Shown here piece by piece: positions 42,156 to 51,511 of a stretch of 64,000 nt of DNA. Within the stretch, counting starts at the first letter, position 1; each line of letters starts with the position of its first letter. Made by a program: the position numbers and the translations under genes. The notes beneath the pieces were generated by a model. That model was not told the DNA's origin. It saw only the letters and a list, made by a program, of their open reading frames with translations, and searched no databases. Source of the stretch: an uncultured Bacilli bacterium (GTDB lineage: Bacteria > Bacillota_I > Bacilli_A > RF39 > UBA660); contig CALVXP010000001.1 of NCBI GenBank assembly GCA_944371525.1, positions 24,860 through 88,859 of the forward strand, read 5' to 3'.

Positions 42156-42195
42156 TACTTGGATTCTTTTTTGCAAAAAAAAAGAGTAGTATCTA
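42137..42195. terminator. Two hairpins forming convergent terminators (helicase on plus, mbl on minus)
   Basis: gaatcca-9 nt-tggattc then T6, and gagtag-tat-ctactc flanked by an A9/T-run. Confidence 0.5.
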
Positions 42196-42201
42196 CTCAA
42201 A

Positions 42202-43194
42202 TTAATGATTATCAATTAAATGAACATTATCTAGAAGAACTCCTGTTCCTTCCGCTACACATGTAAGTGGACTTTCTGCAATAAATACAGGAACTTTTAA
42301 TTCTTGTGATAATAATTGATTAAATCCATCTACTAGTGCACCTCCACCAGTAAGTACAATACCCTTATCTATAATATCTGCAGATAACTCAGGTGGAGTT
42401 TGTTCTAATATACTTTTAGCAGCCTTAACAATAGTATAAACACTCTCTCTTAATCCTTCTTCTACTTCATCTGAAGTAAGAGTTATTGTATGTGGAAGTC
42501 CCGTAACTAAATCTCTTCCACGAACTTCCATCTTTTCTACTTTAGAACCAGGAAATACTGTACCGATTGTCATCTTTATATCTTCAGCAGTTCTTTCTCC
42601 TACTAAAAGCTTGTACTTGTCTTTTATATATTTAATTATATCATTATCAAAAGCATTACCTGCTACTCTAATTGATGTGCTATTTACAATTCCTCCTAAA
42701 GAAAGTATTGCTATGTCTGTTGTTCCTCCGCCAATATCAATTACCATATTAGCACTAGGTTTAGATATATCCATACCTGCCCCAATTGCAGCCACTTTAG
42801 GTTCTTCTTCCAAAAATACTTTTTTAGCTCCCGTTCTTTCAGCAGCTTCTTTTATAGCATTTTTTTCTACTTGTGTAATATTTGAAGGACAACAAATAAG
42901 TATTCTAGGACGAGAAAAAAAATTCTTACCATTTACTTTCTTTATGAAATAATTAAGCATAACTTCCGTTGTTTCAAAGTCCGCAATTACACCATCTTTC
43001 ATTGGTTTTATTGCTTTTACTTTTCCTGGAGTTCTCCCTAACATTTCATGAGCATCTATTCCTACTGCAAGTGGTCTTTTTGTTTCTGAATCAATTGCCA
43101 CTACACTTGGTTCATTTAATACTATGCCTTGTCCTTTTATATATATAAGTACATTTGCAGTACCTAAATCTATTCCGATGTCTTTATTAAACAT
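42202..43194 (-). CDS. mbl: Rod shape-determining protein MreB/Mbl family
   Basis: Actin-fold GIDLGTANVLIY N-terminus. Start moved to MFNKDIGIDLGT. Confidence 0.85.
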   Translation of the reverse strand: MFNKDIGIDLGTANVLIYIKGQGIVLNEPSVVAIDSETKRPLAVGIDAHEMLGRTPGKVKAIKPMKDGVIADFETTEVMLNYFIKKVNGKNFFSRPRILICCPSNITQVEKNAIKEAAERTGAKKVFLEEEPKVAAIGAGMDISKPSANMVIDIGGGTTDIAILSLGGIVNSTSIRVAGNAFDNDIIKYIKDKYKLLVGERTAEDIKMTIGTVFPGSKVEKMEVRGRDLVTGLPHTITLTSDEVEEGLRESVYTIVKAAKSILEQTPPELSADIIDKGIVLTGGGALVDGFNQLLSQELKVPVFIAESPLTCVAEGTGVLLDNVHLIDNH

Positions 43195-43238
43195 TAAATC
43201 ACCATCCCTAGTTCTTATTTTACCACATTTAGCCATTT

Positions 43239-43496
43239 TTAGTTGCTTTTTTTAAGTAAAAACTTCATTTTTGTCGCTTCTCCACCTCTTATATGTCTAA
43301 TATCAGTGTGATACTGTAAAATTTTAGCAACTTCCTTATATTTTTCTTTATTTATTTCTAATAATCTATCACTTAAATCTTTATGAACTGTACTTTTACT
43401 TACTTTAAATATACTTGCTATTTCTCTTACTGTTTTATTTGTTTTTATTATATAATCACTTTCTTCTATTACTCTCTCCATAATCTTTTTATTCAT
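43239..43496 (-). CDS. spoIIID: Sporulation transcriptional regulator SpoIIID
   Basis: TVREIASIFKVSKSTVHKDL HTH and HIRGGEATK. Start at the ATG after the AGGTGA RBS. Confidence 0.85.
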   Translation of the reverse strand: MNKKIMERVIEESDYIIKTNKTVREIASIFKVSKSTVHKDLSDRLLEINKEKYKEVAKILQYHTDIRHIRGGEATKMKFLLKKSN

Positions 43497-43562
43497 ATAA
43501 TTCACCTAGTAAATTATATTTATTAATTATGAGTTTATGTGAAAAAAGCGGAAAAATACCGC

Positions 43563-44267
43563 TTAATCTAAATCTTCTAAGTTTTTATCATAGTATTCTT
43601 CAGGATTAACCACTAATCCTTGGTAATACAATTCAAAATGTAAATGATTACCCATATCACTATTTATATTAGAAGTTCCACTTTTACCAATTGCTTGTCC
43701 AGAAATAACTTTATCGCCTTCTTTAACATTAACTTCTGACAAACTTTGATATACACTAACAAGTTCAGTATTGTGTCTTATTTCTACTACATTCCCTAAA
43801 ATACTATCTTCTTTAACACTTATAACATCTCCGTCCATTATAGATAATACATCAAATACATTATCTGATTTATAATCTACACCAGAGTTTTGCATATAAG
43901 TATTTTCATAATAAACAATAGCATTTTGTTGATCTTTTGCATCAGCTTTGTAATCGTAAAAACTTTTTGCAATAGTAACACCTTCTGCTACATAAGGTTT
44001 ATTAATTTTTGTTTTAGTAGATACTACAGGTAGTTCTTGATCCTTATCATCAGTAATTTCTCCATCGACATATTCAATTTCATTTTTCATTTCATTAGCA
44101 TCAAACATTGAATTACTAATAATAGATTGAATTAAGTACATACTAAGTACTAACATAATTACTGATAAAGCATAAATAGTAGGTAATACAAATGGTTTTA
44201 ATTTTCTCTTTGTCATCTTTCTTTCACCTCTATTATATTTTTTTACCAAAACAAAAATTATATACAC
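43563..44267 (-). CDS. spoIIQ: Membrane-anchored LytM (M23) domain protein, SpoIIQ-like
   Basis: N-terminal TM helix. GNHLHFELY intact, but NSGVD where HxGxD is expected and ...VYQSL where the HL motif is expected. Located in the spoIID / spoIIID neighbourhood. Confidence 0.55.
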   Translation of the reverse strand: MYIIFVLVKKYNRGERKMTKRKLKPFVLPTIYALSVIMLVLSMYLIQSIISNSMFDANEMKNEIEYVDGEITDDKDQELPVVSTKTKINKPYVAEGVTIAKSFYDYKADAKDQQNAIVYYENTYMQNSGVDYKSDNVFDVLSIMDGDVISVKEDSILGNVVEIRHNTELVSVYQSLSEVNVKEGDKVISGQAIGKSGTSNINSDMGNHLHFELYYQGLVVNPEEYYDKNLEDLD

Positions 44268-45193
44268 TAATTTTGAATTTTTTTTATTTCCGCACCAGTA
44301 TAATAATATTTTAATATTTGCATATAGTTGTAACCTTCTTTTGCCATTCCAAGTGCTCCATATTGACTCATTCCAACTCCATGTCCATAACCTTTAGTAT
44401 CTATTACAACATTTGTACCAACTTGTGTTAAATTAAAATCAGTTGAACGAAGTCCTAATTTGTTATAAACATCAGTTGCATTTAACATATTTCCATTTAT
44501 TTCTAATTTTATTATTCGATTAGTATCACTTCTTTCAAGTACATTAAAACTTAATTCACTTTTATATTCAAGTCCTAATTTTTCATAAAATTCTTGTAAT
44601 GAGACTGTTTTTTGGCTATTAAAAACACTAGAAGTTTGTGCATCCCATTTTGATTCTACACTTTTTAAATAAGGAAGTTCTAAATTAAATACCACACTAG
44701 CGTCTTCAGTATATCCATTGCTTGTAGAAAAAAATAAAGCATCTATAATTTCTCCATCATATTCTAAATATTCATCTATCGTCTGGTTAACCGCTGTTCT
44801 AAGTTTATTTATATTTACAACATAATCTTTTCCCCATGCTTCTTTTAAATAATTATCATCTAAATATACTTGATTTAAAACACTGTCTACTACATCATAT
44901 TCACTATCTTTATTATACTCTAATCTTTTTAAAACATAACTTCTTGACGCTACCGCTTGTGCTTTTAATGCTTCTAATTCAAAATATACTGGCATTTCAC
45001 CTGCTAAAACTCCTACTATATATTCTTCTAGTGGAACTATTTGTATTTCGTTTGTACTGAGTCTTTTAACTCTAACATTTATATTATTTATATATTTTAA
45101 TTCTATTTCTTCTATTTCATTTATACCAAGTATATTGACAATAAAAAAAGGAATAAAAATTAATATTATGGTAAATAAGATTATCTTCTTCAT
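44267..45193 (-). CDS. spoIID: Stage II sporulation protein D (SpoIID/LytB family lytic transglycosylase)
   Basis: SpoIID domain. Signal anchor. EALKAQAVASRSY. Confidence 0.8.
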   Translation of the reverse strand: MKKIILFTIILIFIPFFIVNILGINEIEEIELKYINNINVRVKRLSTNEIQIVPLEEYIVGVLAGEMPVYFELEALKAQAVASRSYVLKRLEYNKDSEYDVVDSVLNQVYLDDNYLKEAWGKDYVVNINKLRTAVNQTIDEYLEYDGEIIDALFFSTSNGYTEDASVVFNLELPYLKSVESKWDAQTSSVFNSQKTVSLQEFYEKLGLEYKSELSFNVLERSDTNRIIKLEINGNMLNATDVYNKLGLRSTDFNLTQVGTNVVIDTKGYGHGVGMSQYGALGMAKEGYNYMQILKYYYTGAEIKKIQN

Positions 45194-45206
45194 TTTTTAC
45201 CTCTTT

Positions 45207-45398
45207 TCAATAATTCATTACTCCTACAAAATCACTTAAAAAACTAACTAATAAATATGATATACAAAATGCTAAAATTATATAAAATACTCTTGCTTGA
45301 TATTCTTTGTTTTTTTTAAATATTCCATTAATATTTATACTGTCTAAACTCCATATAACAAGTGGGAATATAAGTACATATAAAATAATTTTAGTCAT
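45207..45398 (-). CDS. Small two-TM membrane protein
   Basis: 63-aa ORF overlapping the rpiB stop. Confidence 0.3.
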   Translation of the reverse strand: MTKIILYVLIFPLVIWSLDSININGIFKKNKEYQARVFYIILAFCISYLLVSFLSDFVGVMNY

Positions 45399-45831
45399 TA
45401 TCTATCACTTTTATTTTATTATTTCTAATTACATATTTTTTTACATTTGAAAATGGTGTTTCTATAAACTTAATTACTACTTGCTTAGTAGTTTCATCAT
45501 CCATTTCTTCAGATATTGCTAATACATTTGCATCATTATGTGCCTTAGATAAAATTGCTTCAGCAACACTAGATACTTTAGCACAAATAATATCATGCAT
45601 CTTATTTAATGCTATACTCATACCTATTCCTGTACCACATATTGCTATTCCTAAATCAACTTCTTTTTCTCTAACAGCGATTCCTAATTTTTTAGCATAA
45701 TCAGGAAAATCTACTGATTCTTCACTATCAGTACCATAATTAATTACAGTATATCCTAATTTTTCTAAAAATTGTGTCAAATATTGTTTTTTCTTATAAC
45801 CTCTATGGTCATTTGCTATTCCTATTTTCAT
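45391..45831 (-). CDS. rpiB: Ribose-5-phosphate isomerase B
   Basis: MKIGIANDHRGY and ICGTGIGMSIALNK (RpiB/LacAB). Start moved to MKIG (RBS GAAGG). Confidence 0.85.
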   Translation of the reverse strand: MKIGIANDHRGYKKKQYLTQFLEKLGYTVINYGTDSEESVDFPDYAKKLGIAVREKEVDLGIAICGTGIGMSIALNKMHDIICAKVSSVAEAILSKAHNDANVLAISEEMDDETTKQVVIKFIETPFSNVKKYVIRNNKIKVIDND

Positions 45832-45899
45832 ATTATTACCTTCTTTCATTATTATTATATCATTATATAGAGAAAAAAAGAAACTAAATAATTTCTTTT

Positions 45900-46196
45900 C
45901 TACTCATTTATAATATCAATTGTGGCATAATCTGTATTAACTAATTGCACTAATACAGGAATATTAAACTTACTTAATTTTTTTATAAATTTATCAAATG
46001 AACTTAAAAACAAATCTATTCTGTTTATTAATAATTCATCAATGCAAGTAAATCCTATTTCTTTCATATAGTTAATTATTTTTATACATTCATCTTCATT
46101 TATTGATAAGCTACTTAATGCCGATGGATTATTATTTTTTATTATTTCAATTAATATATCTTCATTTATGTTTGTTTTTTTTAGAAAATCTATCAT
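45900..46196 (-). CDS. Hypothetical 98-aa protein, fourth gene of a coupled operon
   Basis: ATGA overlap with the upstream gene. Confidence 0.4.
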   Translation of the reverse strand: MIDFLKKTNINEDILIEIIKNNNPSALSSLSINEDECIKIINYMKEIGFTCIDELLINRIDLFLSSFDKFIKKLSKFNIPVLVQLVNTDYATIDIINE

Positions 46197-47986
46197 ATTC
46201 TATAAGACCTCCCTGGATTAAATATTTTATCAACACAATTTTTTATTGTCTTATATTGTTCTTCTGTTAAAATGCTGTCTTTACATACTGCATACATAAT
46301 ACTATCAACAGTACCCGCAATTGATTTTTTTATCATTGTTTCATAATATCTTAATACTTTAAATCTTGAAATAATAACTCCATTAAAATTATATCTATAA
46401 TCATCTTCTTTACACATTTCTTCAAGTCTTTTTATAAAGGAATCGTTATATACTAACACTAGTGGTCCAAAATTATCTTCTTGCATTATTATTTCATTAT
46501 ATTTTGGAGAAAAATCAGGATGATATTGTCCTATTACAGTAGAACCATTTGTTTTATTTATGCCATATCCGTTAAACTTATCAACAGTAATATTTGATGG
46601 CAAAACAACTTTTTTATCAAACTTTTTATATAAATCATTATTAGTTAATCCTTCTTGTTTTGCTTTTATTATTCTATATATCATTGAGTTACCAACTGTA
46701 ACCTTAGAAAAATTACTTAACACATAATCAAAGCATCCAACCTCTATAAAATGATCTAACATAGTTAATGGTTCTGGTGCTTTCATACAACTAAATGTTG
46801 AAGAAATAGTTTCTACTGGTATATTATATAATTCAAAGCCTTTAAATTTTAACGCAAAAGTATTATGTGCAATTACCATAGACGATGAACATTTTTTCAT
46901 AATATCATTTATGTTCGATACACCTTTGTTTAATAAAAATTCTCTATTTTTTATATAATGTTCAAAACCACCGACCATATATTTTTTATCACTTGGCGGT
47001 CCACCTATTCCTGTTTTCTTATATGTCCTTTTTCCTTTTATAAACAAACTTATTTCATCTAAATAATTATCAAATACTTGATTTAATATTAAACCTTCTT
47101 CTTTGCTATCTATTTTAATATTTTCTATTATTGTATTAACTATTTGTGGAGTTGACAAAGTTAATAATGTTACAAATTGATTTTCTCTACTAGAAATATC
47201 GATTCTTATATTGTTTTCTTGCAATATTGACAAAATAGAACTCATATTAATCATACTACCAAATTTTATAATTAATTCTTTGTTTTTATCCTTTAATACA
47301 TTAAAATTATAATTATATTCTTTTAATAAATTTATAATATCTTCTTCATTATTATTAACTTCTAATAATTCTTCTATTTTTTCATCATTATTATCATCTA
47401 TTAAGGAAACATCACCTTTTGTTATATTTGCGATTGAAGAATTAGTTAAATTAATAATTATTTCTATATATTCTTCAATTGATAAATCAGTTCCAATATA
47501 TTTATCTAATATTTTTCTTAACTCTTCTATATCTTTTGCGCTAAAATAATCATTTGCATCTAATCCACTAACTTTTGTTATCAATTCATTTATTTCATCT
47601 GTTTCCTTCATTCTTTTATTTTGCTCTATTTGATTACCAATCTTATCTAATTTATCATTTATTTCATTAATAATATTACTAATTAAATTTTTTATATAAT
47701 TAATTTGCTCTTCTGTTATACTAATTAAATCATTTGCATTCTCAAAAATGAAACGATAAAAATTAATTTTTTCTTTTACTTCCTCAGTAATCTTTGATGT
47801 ATATTTTGATAACTCTTCTAAATTTAAGTCTACTATACTTTTAGGAGTGTTTACTATTTTTTGCAATTCTATTAATAATTTTTTTAATTGATTTTTTTCT
47901 ATTTCTAACTTAGAAATTTCTTTATTGTTTTCACTTATATGGTTTATTTCTTTTTGTAATAATTCAATTATTTTATTTTTTCCCAT
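46193..47986 (-). CDS. Hypothetical 597-aa protein: coiled-coil N-terminal half plus globular C-terminal half, no recognisable catalytic motif
   Basis: ATGA overlap with the 657-aa gene. Heptad-rich N-terminus. Confidence 0.5.
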   Translation of the reverse strand: MGKNKIIELLQKEINHISENNKEISKLEIEKNQLKKLLIELQKIVNTPKSIVDLNLEELSKYTSKITEEVKEKINFYRFIFENANDLISITEEQINYIKNLISNIINEINDKLDKIGNQIEQNKRMKETDEINELITKVSGLDANDYFSAKDIEELRKILDKYIGTDLSIEEYIEIIINLTNSSIANITKGDVSLIDDNNDEKIEELLEVNNNEEDIINLLKEYNYNFNVLKDKNKELIIKFGSMINMSSILSILQENNIRIDISSRENQFVTLLTLSTPQIVNTIIENIKIDSKEEGLILNQVFDNYLDEISLFIKGKRTYKKTGIGGPPSDKKYMVGGFEHYIKNREFLLNKGVSNINDIMKKCSSSMVIAHNTFALKFKGFELYNIPVETISSTFSCMKAPEPLTMLDHFIEVGCFDYVLSNFSKVTVGNSMIYRIIKAKQEGLTNNDLYKKFDKKVVLPSNITVDKFNGYGINKTNGSTVIGQYHPDFSPKYNEIIMQEDNFGPLVLVYNDSFIKRLEEMCKEDDYRYNFNGVIISRFKVLRYYETMIKKSIAGTVDSIMYAVCKDSILTEEQYKTIKNCVDKIFNPGRSYRI

Positions 47987-47988
47987 AA

Positions 47989-49962
47989 TTACACTCCTTT
48001 CTTTTCTCTGTTTTTAGCTATTTTTTCTAATTGTTTTACTGTTACTATTCCATCAAGTAGCATTTTTTGAGCTTTGTCAAAACTTTTTTCATCAAAATCA
48101 GTACCAAATAAATTAAATATTTGTGTTATTTGCTTAATATAAATGTCATATATTCTATTAAACTCATCATATACACTTTGATTTTTGGAATCACTGTATT
48201 TAAAACCAAAATTAACTACTAACACCAAATTAAATCTTTTACTATTTTTAAATTCTTTGCCTATTTTATCTCTATTTTTACTAGAAATTGGTACTTGAAT
48301 AAAGGCTACTCTCGATTGATTTCTTCTTACTTTATACATTTGCGGTTCTCTAATTGGTTTAACAATACTTGTTGTATATTTCTCCATAAATTCGAAATAA
48401 CTTACATTATTCATATTATTTATGCTTCTATATGTATCCATTAAATTATCATTTGCAGATATATTTTCAATTGTATTAAGCACTATTGGAATACCAGCAG
48501 CATCATTTAAAAATATTACATAATTTTCTTGGTCGTTAGAATTTACTACTGTTTCTTCTGGTGAAATTACTATACCTTCACTTTTTATTTTTTCATAATC
48601 TTTATCTAAGTTATCCAAAGATGAAACAATACTATCACTTATTTCTTTTATACTTTCTTTATATTCTTCTACTCCAAATGATAAAATTTCTTCATCAGTT
48701 AATTCCGTTAACATTTTCCAATCATTTATTAATGATTTCATCTTATCTAAATTTTTCATAAATACAATATCAGTAAGTGAAATATCTAATTTAAGAGATT
48801 TTAATCCAACTTCATCTCCTTTTTGTAAATAACCATATGCTATATCAATAAGTTTTTGTTTATCTTTATCATAAGTTGCATATATAAATCTTGACTTTTT
48901 AGATAACTCTAAATACTTATTTATTCTAACTTCTTCTACCAATAATATATCATCATATTTTATATCTAAATATTGTGGCATTTGTTTTTCTTCTGTTTTA
49001 CCTGTATAAGTATTAATTATATATTCAAATATTTCTAATATACTATCTTTATTTTTTTCTAAATTAGGTAATAAATTTTGATTTATATCATCATATATTA
49101 ATTTCCATTTATCTGTTCCTGCGGCTTCATATATTTCTTTTCTTCCATTAATAGTAAATTCACCATCTAAAAGTTCTAATAAGGAACTATCACCAGTTAC
49201 TCCCCTTAATTCAGATATAATGATTTTTATTTTGTTTAATATACTTTTTTCTTCCGGAGTTAAATTTTCTTGTGGTATTTCTTTTGGAGGTTCTAATTCC
49301 AATGTTTGTGATGATTCTTCTCCAATTTCTTTAGTTATCTCACTAGCCCTTGTATCTATCTCTTTTATTCTACTATTTGTTTTTAATTTTTGCTTATTTA
49401 TTTGATATGTTATATTGAATTTAGAAAATTCCATTATTAAATTTAATATTACTTCTTTATCTAATGTTGAACTTTTAAGAAATTCAAAAAATGCATTTAA
49501 TTCATCTGTTTCTAAATATTTATTAATACCATCCTCGTTAAATAAAGTTAAATAATTTTCATAAATACTTATAAGTGCTTGTGATTCTTCATTTTTTCTT
49601 TTTAACTTATATATCTGAATCTCAAGAGTTTTTAAGAGATGGTTTAATCTGTCTGAAATTATTTTGTAATATTTATTTGCTTCAATTATTTGGGGATCAT
49701 TACTTAAAAACGGATTATCAATATAACTACTGTATGCACACAACAACTGGTATTTTTTTATTAAAGATTGATCATTTTTTAAAATTTCTGTACAAATAAC
49801 TTCATGAGTAGAATTATCCAATTTGTTTAATTGATTTCTAGGAGTACTCAAAAACAATTTGATAGCATCATACAATTTTAAAGTATCTTTACTTTTATCT
49901 TGCCTTAAATTACTAATTTTCAATTCTAAATATTCTTTTAGTATTTCATATATATTTTTCAT
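47989..49962 (-). CDS. Hypothetical 657-aa protein, helical N-terminus plus basic C-terminal domain
   Basis: Starts 10 nt after the 161-aa gene's stop. No Walker or nuclease motif seen. Confidence 0.5.
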   Translation of the reverse strand: MKNIYEILKEYLELKISNLRQDKSKDTLKLYDAIKLFLSTPRNQLNKLDNSTHEVICTEILKNDQSLIKKYQLLCAYSSYIDNPFLSNDPQIIEANKYYKIISDRLNHLLKTLEIQIYKLKRKNEESQALISIYENYLTLFNEDGINKYLETDELNAFFEFLKSSTLDKEVILNLIMEFSKFNITYQINKQKLKTNSRIKEIDTRASEITKEIGEESSQTLELEPPKEIPQENLTPEEKSILNKIKIIISELRGVTGDSSLLELLDGEFTINGRKEIYEAAGTDKWKLIYDDINQNLLPNLEKNKDSILEIFEYIINTYTGKTEEKQMPQYLDIKYDDILLVEEVRINKYLELSKKSRFIYATYDKDKQKLIDIAYGYLQKGDEVGLKSLKLDISLTDIVFMKNLDKMKSLINDWKMLTELTDEEILSFGVEEYKESIKEISDSIVSSLDNLDKDYEKIKSEGIVISPEETVVNSNDQENYVIFLNDAAGIPIVLNTIENISANDNLMDTYRSINNMNNVSYFEFMEKYTTSIVKPIREPQMYKVRRNQSRVAFIQVPISSKNRDKIGKEFKNSKRFNLVLVVNFGFKYSDSKNQSVYDEFNRIYDIYIKQITQIFNLFGTDFDEKSFDKAQKMLLDGIVTVKQLEKIAKNREKKGV

Positions 49963-49972
49963 TTGTTCACCC

Positions 49973-50458
49973 CTATTTTAATCGCTTATTGTATTCTGAT
50001 ATTTTCAAATTATTATATTTTTCATTAAACAAGTCATATGCTGATTTCAAGAAAGTTATATCTAATTTTAATAAGATTTGTAACTCTACTATTTTTTTCT
50101 TTATATATTCCAATATACTGTCACTAAAATATAATTTGTTATTTAATAGTTCCTCTATTTCTTTTATAATTTCGTTTACTGTTTGTTTAACCTCGGGATT
50201 TATTACCTTTACTCTTTTAATTCTAACTAATTCTAATCTTATTTTGTCTTCCTCTGTTATTTCTTTGTCATCAATATTATATATTTTCTTTTCATATTTT
50301 TTTAATTCTTCTTCTATATCTTCAAGATGATTTAATCTATTTGCTTTCTTATAAAAATTAAATAAACTAACAAATAATAACTTGTTTTCGGTTGATACTA
50401 AATTATCATTATATATATACTTCTTTATTAAATTAATATCTAATTCTTGTTTATCCAT
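49973..50458 (-). CDS. Hypothetical 161-aa all-helical protein, first gene of the operon
   Basis: AGGAGG RBS and its own promoter. Confidence 0.45.
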   Translation of the reverse strand: MDKQELDINLIKKYIYNDNLVSTENKLLFVSLFNFYKKANRLNHLEDIEEELKKYEKKIYNIDDKEITEEDKIRLELVRIKRVKVINPEVKQTVNEIIKEIEELLNNKLYFSDSILEYIKKKIVELQILLKLDITFLKSAYDLFNEKYNNLKISEYNKRLK

Positions 50459-50482
50459 TTTAAGACCTCCTTACCTACTATA

Positions 50483-50511
50483 ATTTTACCATTTTTTTAC
50501 CTTAAAGTAAA
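50483..50511 (-). promoter_or_regulatory. sigmaA-type promoter TTTACT-17-TAAAAT driving the four-gene operon
   Basis: Read on the minus strand. Followed by AGGAGG and the ATG at 50458. Confidence 0.45.
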
Positions 50512-50512
50512 T

Positions 50513-50536
50513 AAAAAAGAAACCTTATTTAGTTTC
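50513..50536 (-). terminator. Intrinsic terminator overlapping the rpmE stop
   Basis: gaaac-8 nt-gtttc then U6 on the minus strand. Confidence 0.5.
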
Positions 50537-50737
50537 TTGATTAAATCCATATTTCTTATTGAATTTTTCTACTTGTCCTTTTCTTCCACCAAGAGTTTGT
50601 TTTCCTGTATAGAAAGGATGACATTTAGAACATACTTCAACACTAATATTTTCTTTTGTTGATTTTGTCTTAAAAGTATTACCACAAGCACATGTTACAG
50701 TAGCTTCAACATAATTTGGATGAATATTTGCTTTCAT
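50525..50737 (-). CDS. rpmE: 50S ribosomal protein L31 (zinc-binding type)
   Basis: MKANIHPNY...CxC...[10 protein letters not shown]. Confidence 0.9.
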   Translation of the reverse strand: MKANIHPNYVEATVTCACGNTFKTKSTKENISVEVCSKCHPFYTGKQTLGGRKGQVEKFNKKYGFNQETK

Positions 50738-50796
50738 TTTATCTCTCCTTCCGCCATGACAAAAGTCATAGAAATATAAATACGCATAATATTATA

Positions 50797-51489
50797 TCAG
50801 TATTTATTTATTTTTTCAACTATTATTTGTGAAATTTTTTGATATCCTTCATTATTTAAATAAAAATTAGTATTATTTGTAAAGTAATTATTATTATTAA
50901 TTATTTTATCTATATCTATAAATTCAAATCCTCTTTTCTCAACTATATTTTTAAGTTTATAATTGACATAATTAAATATATCATTATTATTATTTGTTGT
51001 ATTGTAATACCCTAATACTATTACTTTTTTATGATTATATCTATCTACTTCTTTTAATAATAATTCCATATCGCTAAGCATTCCATCGATATAACTATAT
51101 ATATTATTATTATCTACAAGTATTTTATAGTAAAGTTCATTCATACCTAATGATATAGTTACAATATCAGCTTTTTTTAACAATTCATTAATAGATACAT
51201 GATCATTATTAACTACTATTTCTTCTTTATATTTTATTATTCTAAGTAAATCTGTAATTCGATAATCTTTATCCACAAAACTATTGTTAAAACCTTTTAA
51301 TTTATTTTTACTAGTTAAATAATTTTTAATACTATCTGTATAATTATAAACTGACACATTACCTTCGTCTGTTATACCCTTAGCTATACCGTCTCCAATA
51401 GAAAGATAGAATAATTCATTATCAATAGTTAAATTATATATAAAATAACAAGATAGAAAAAGAATTAATATAGATATAATTTTTTTCAT
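50797..51489 (-). CDS. SGNH/GDSL-like hydrolase family protein (block I reads GDG, not GDS)
   Basis: Signal anchor. LSIGDGIAKG. Family-level only. Confidence 0.4.
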   Translation of the reverse strand: MKKIISILILFLSCYFIYNLTIDNELFYLSIGDGIAKGITDEGNVSVYNYTDSIKNYLTSKNKLKGFNNSFVDKDYRITDLLRIIKYKEEIVVNNDHVSINELLKKADIVTISLGMNELYYKILVDNNNIYSYIDGMLSDMELLLKEVDRYNHKKVIVLGYYNTTNNNNDIFNYVNYKLKNIVEKRGFEFIDIDKIINNNNYFTNNTNFYLNNEGYQKISQIIVEKINKY

Positions 51490-51511
51490 AGTTTTACCTC
51501 ATTAAATTATA

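Noticed and set aside
50797-51489. Considered calling the SGNH hydrolase catalytically active.
   Set aside because: The block I motif reads GDG rather than GDS. Only a family-level call is justified without an alignment.
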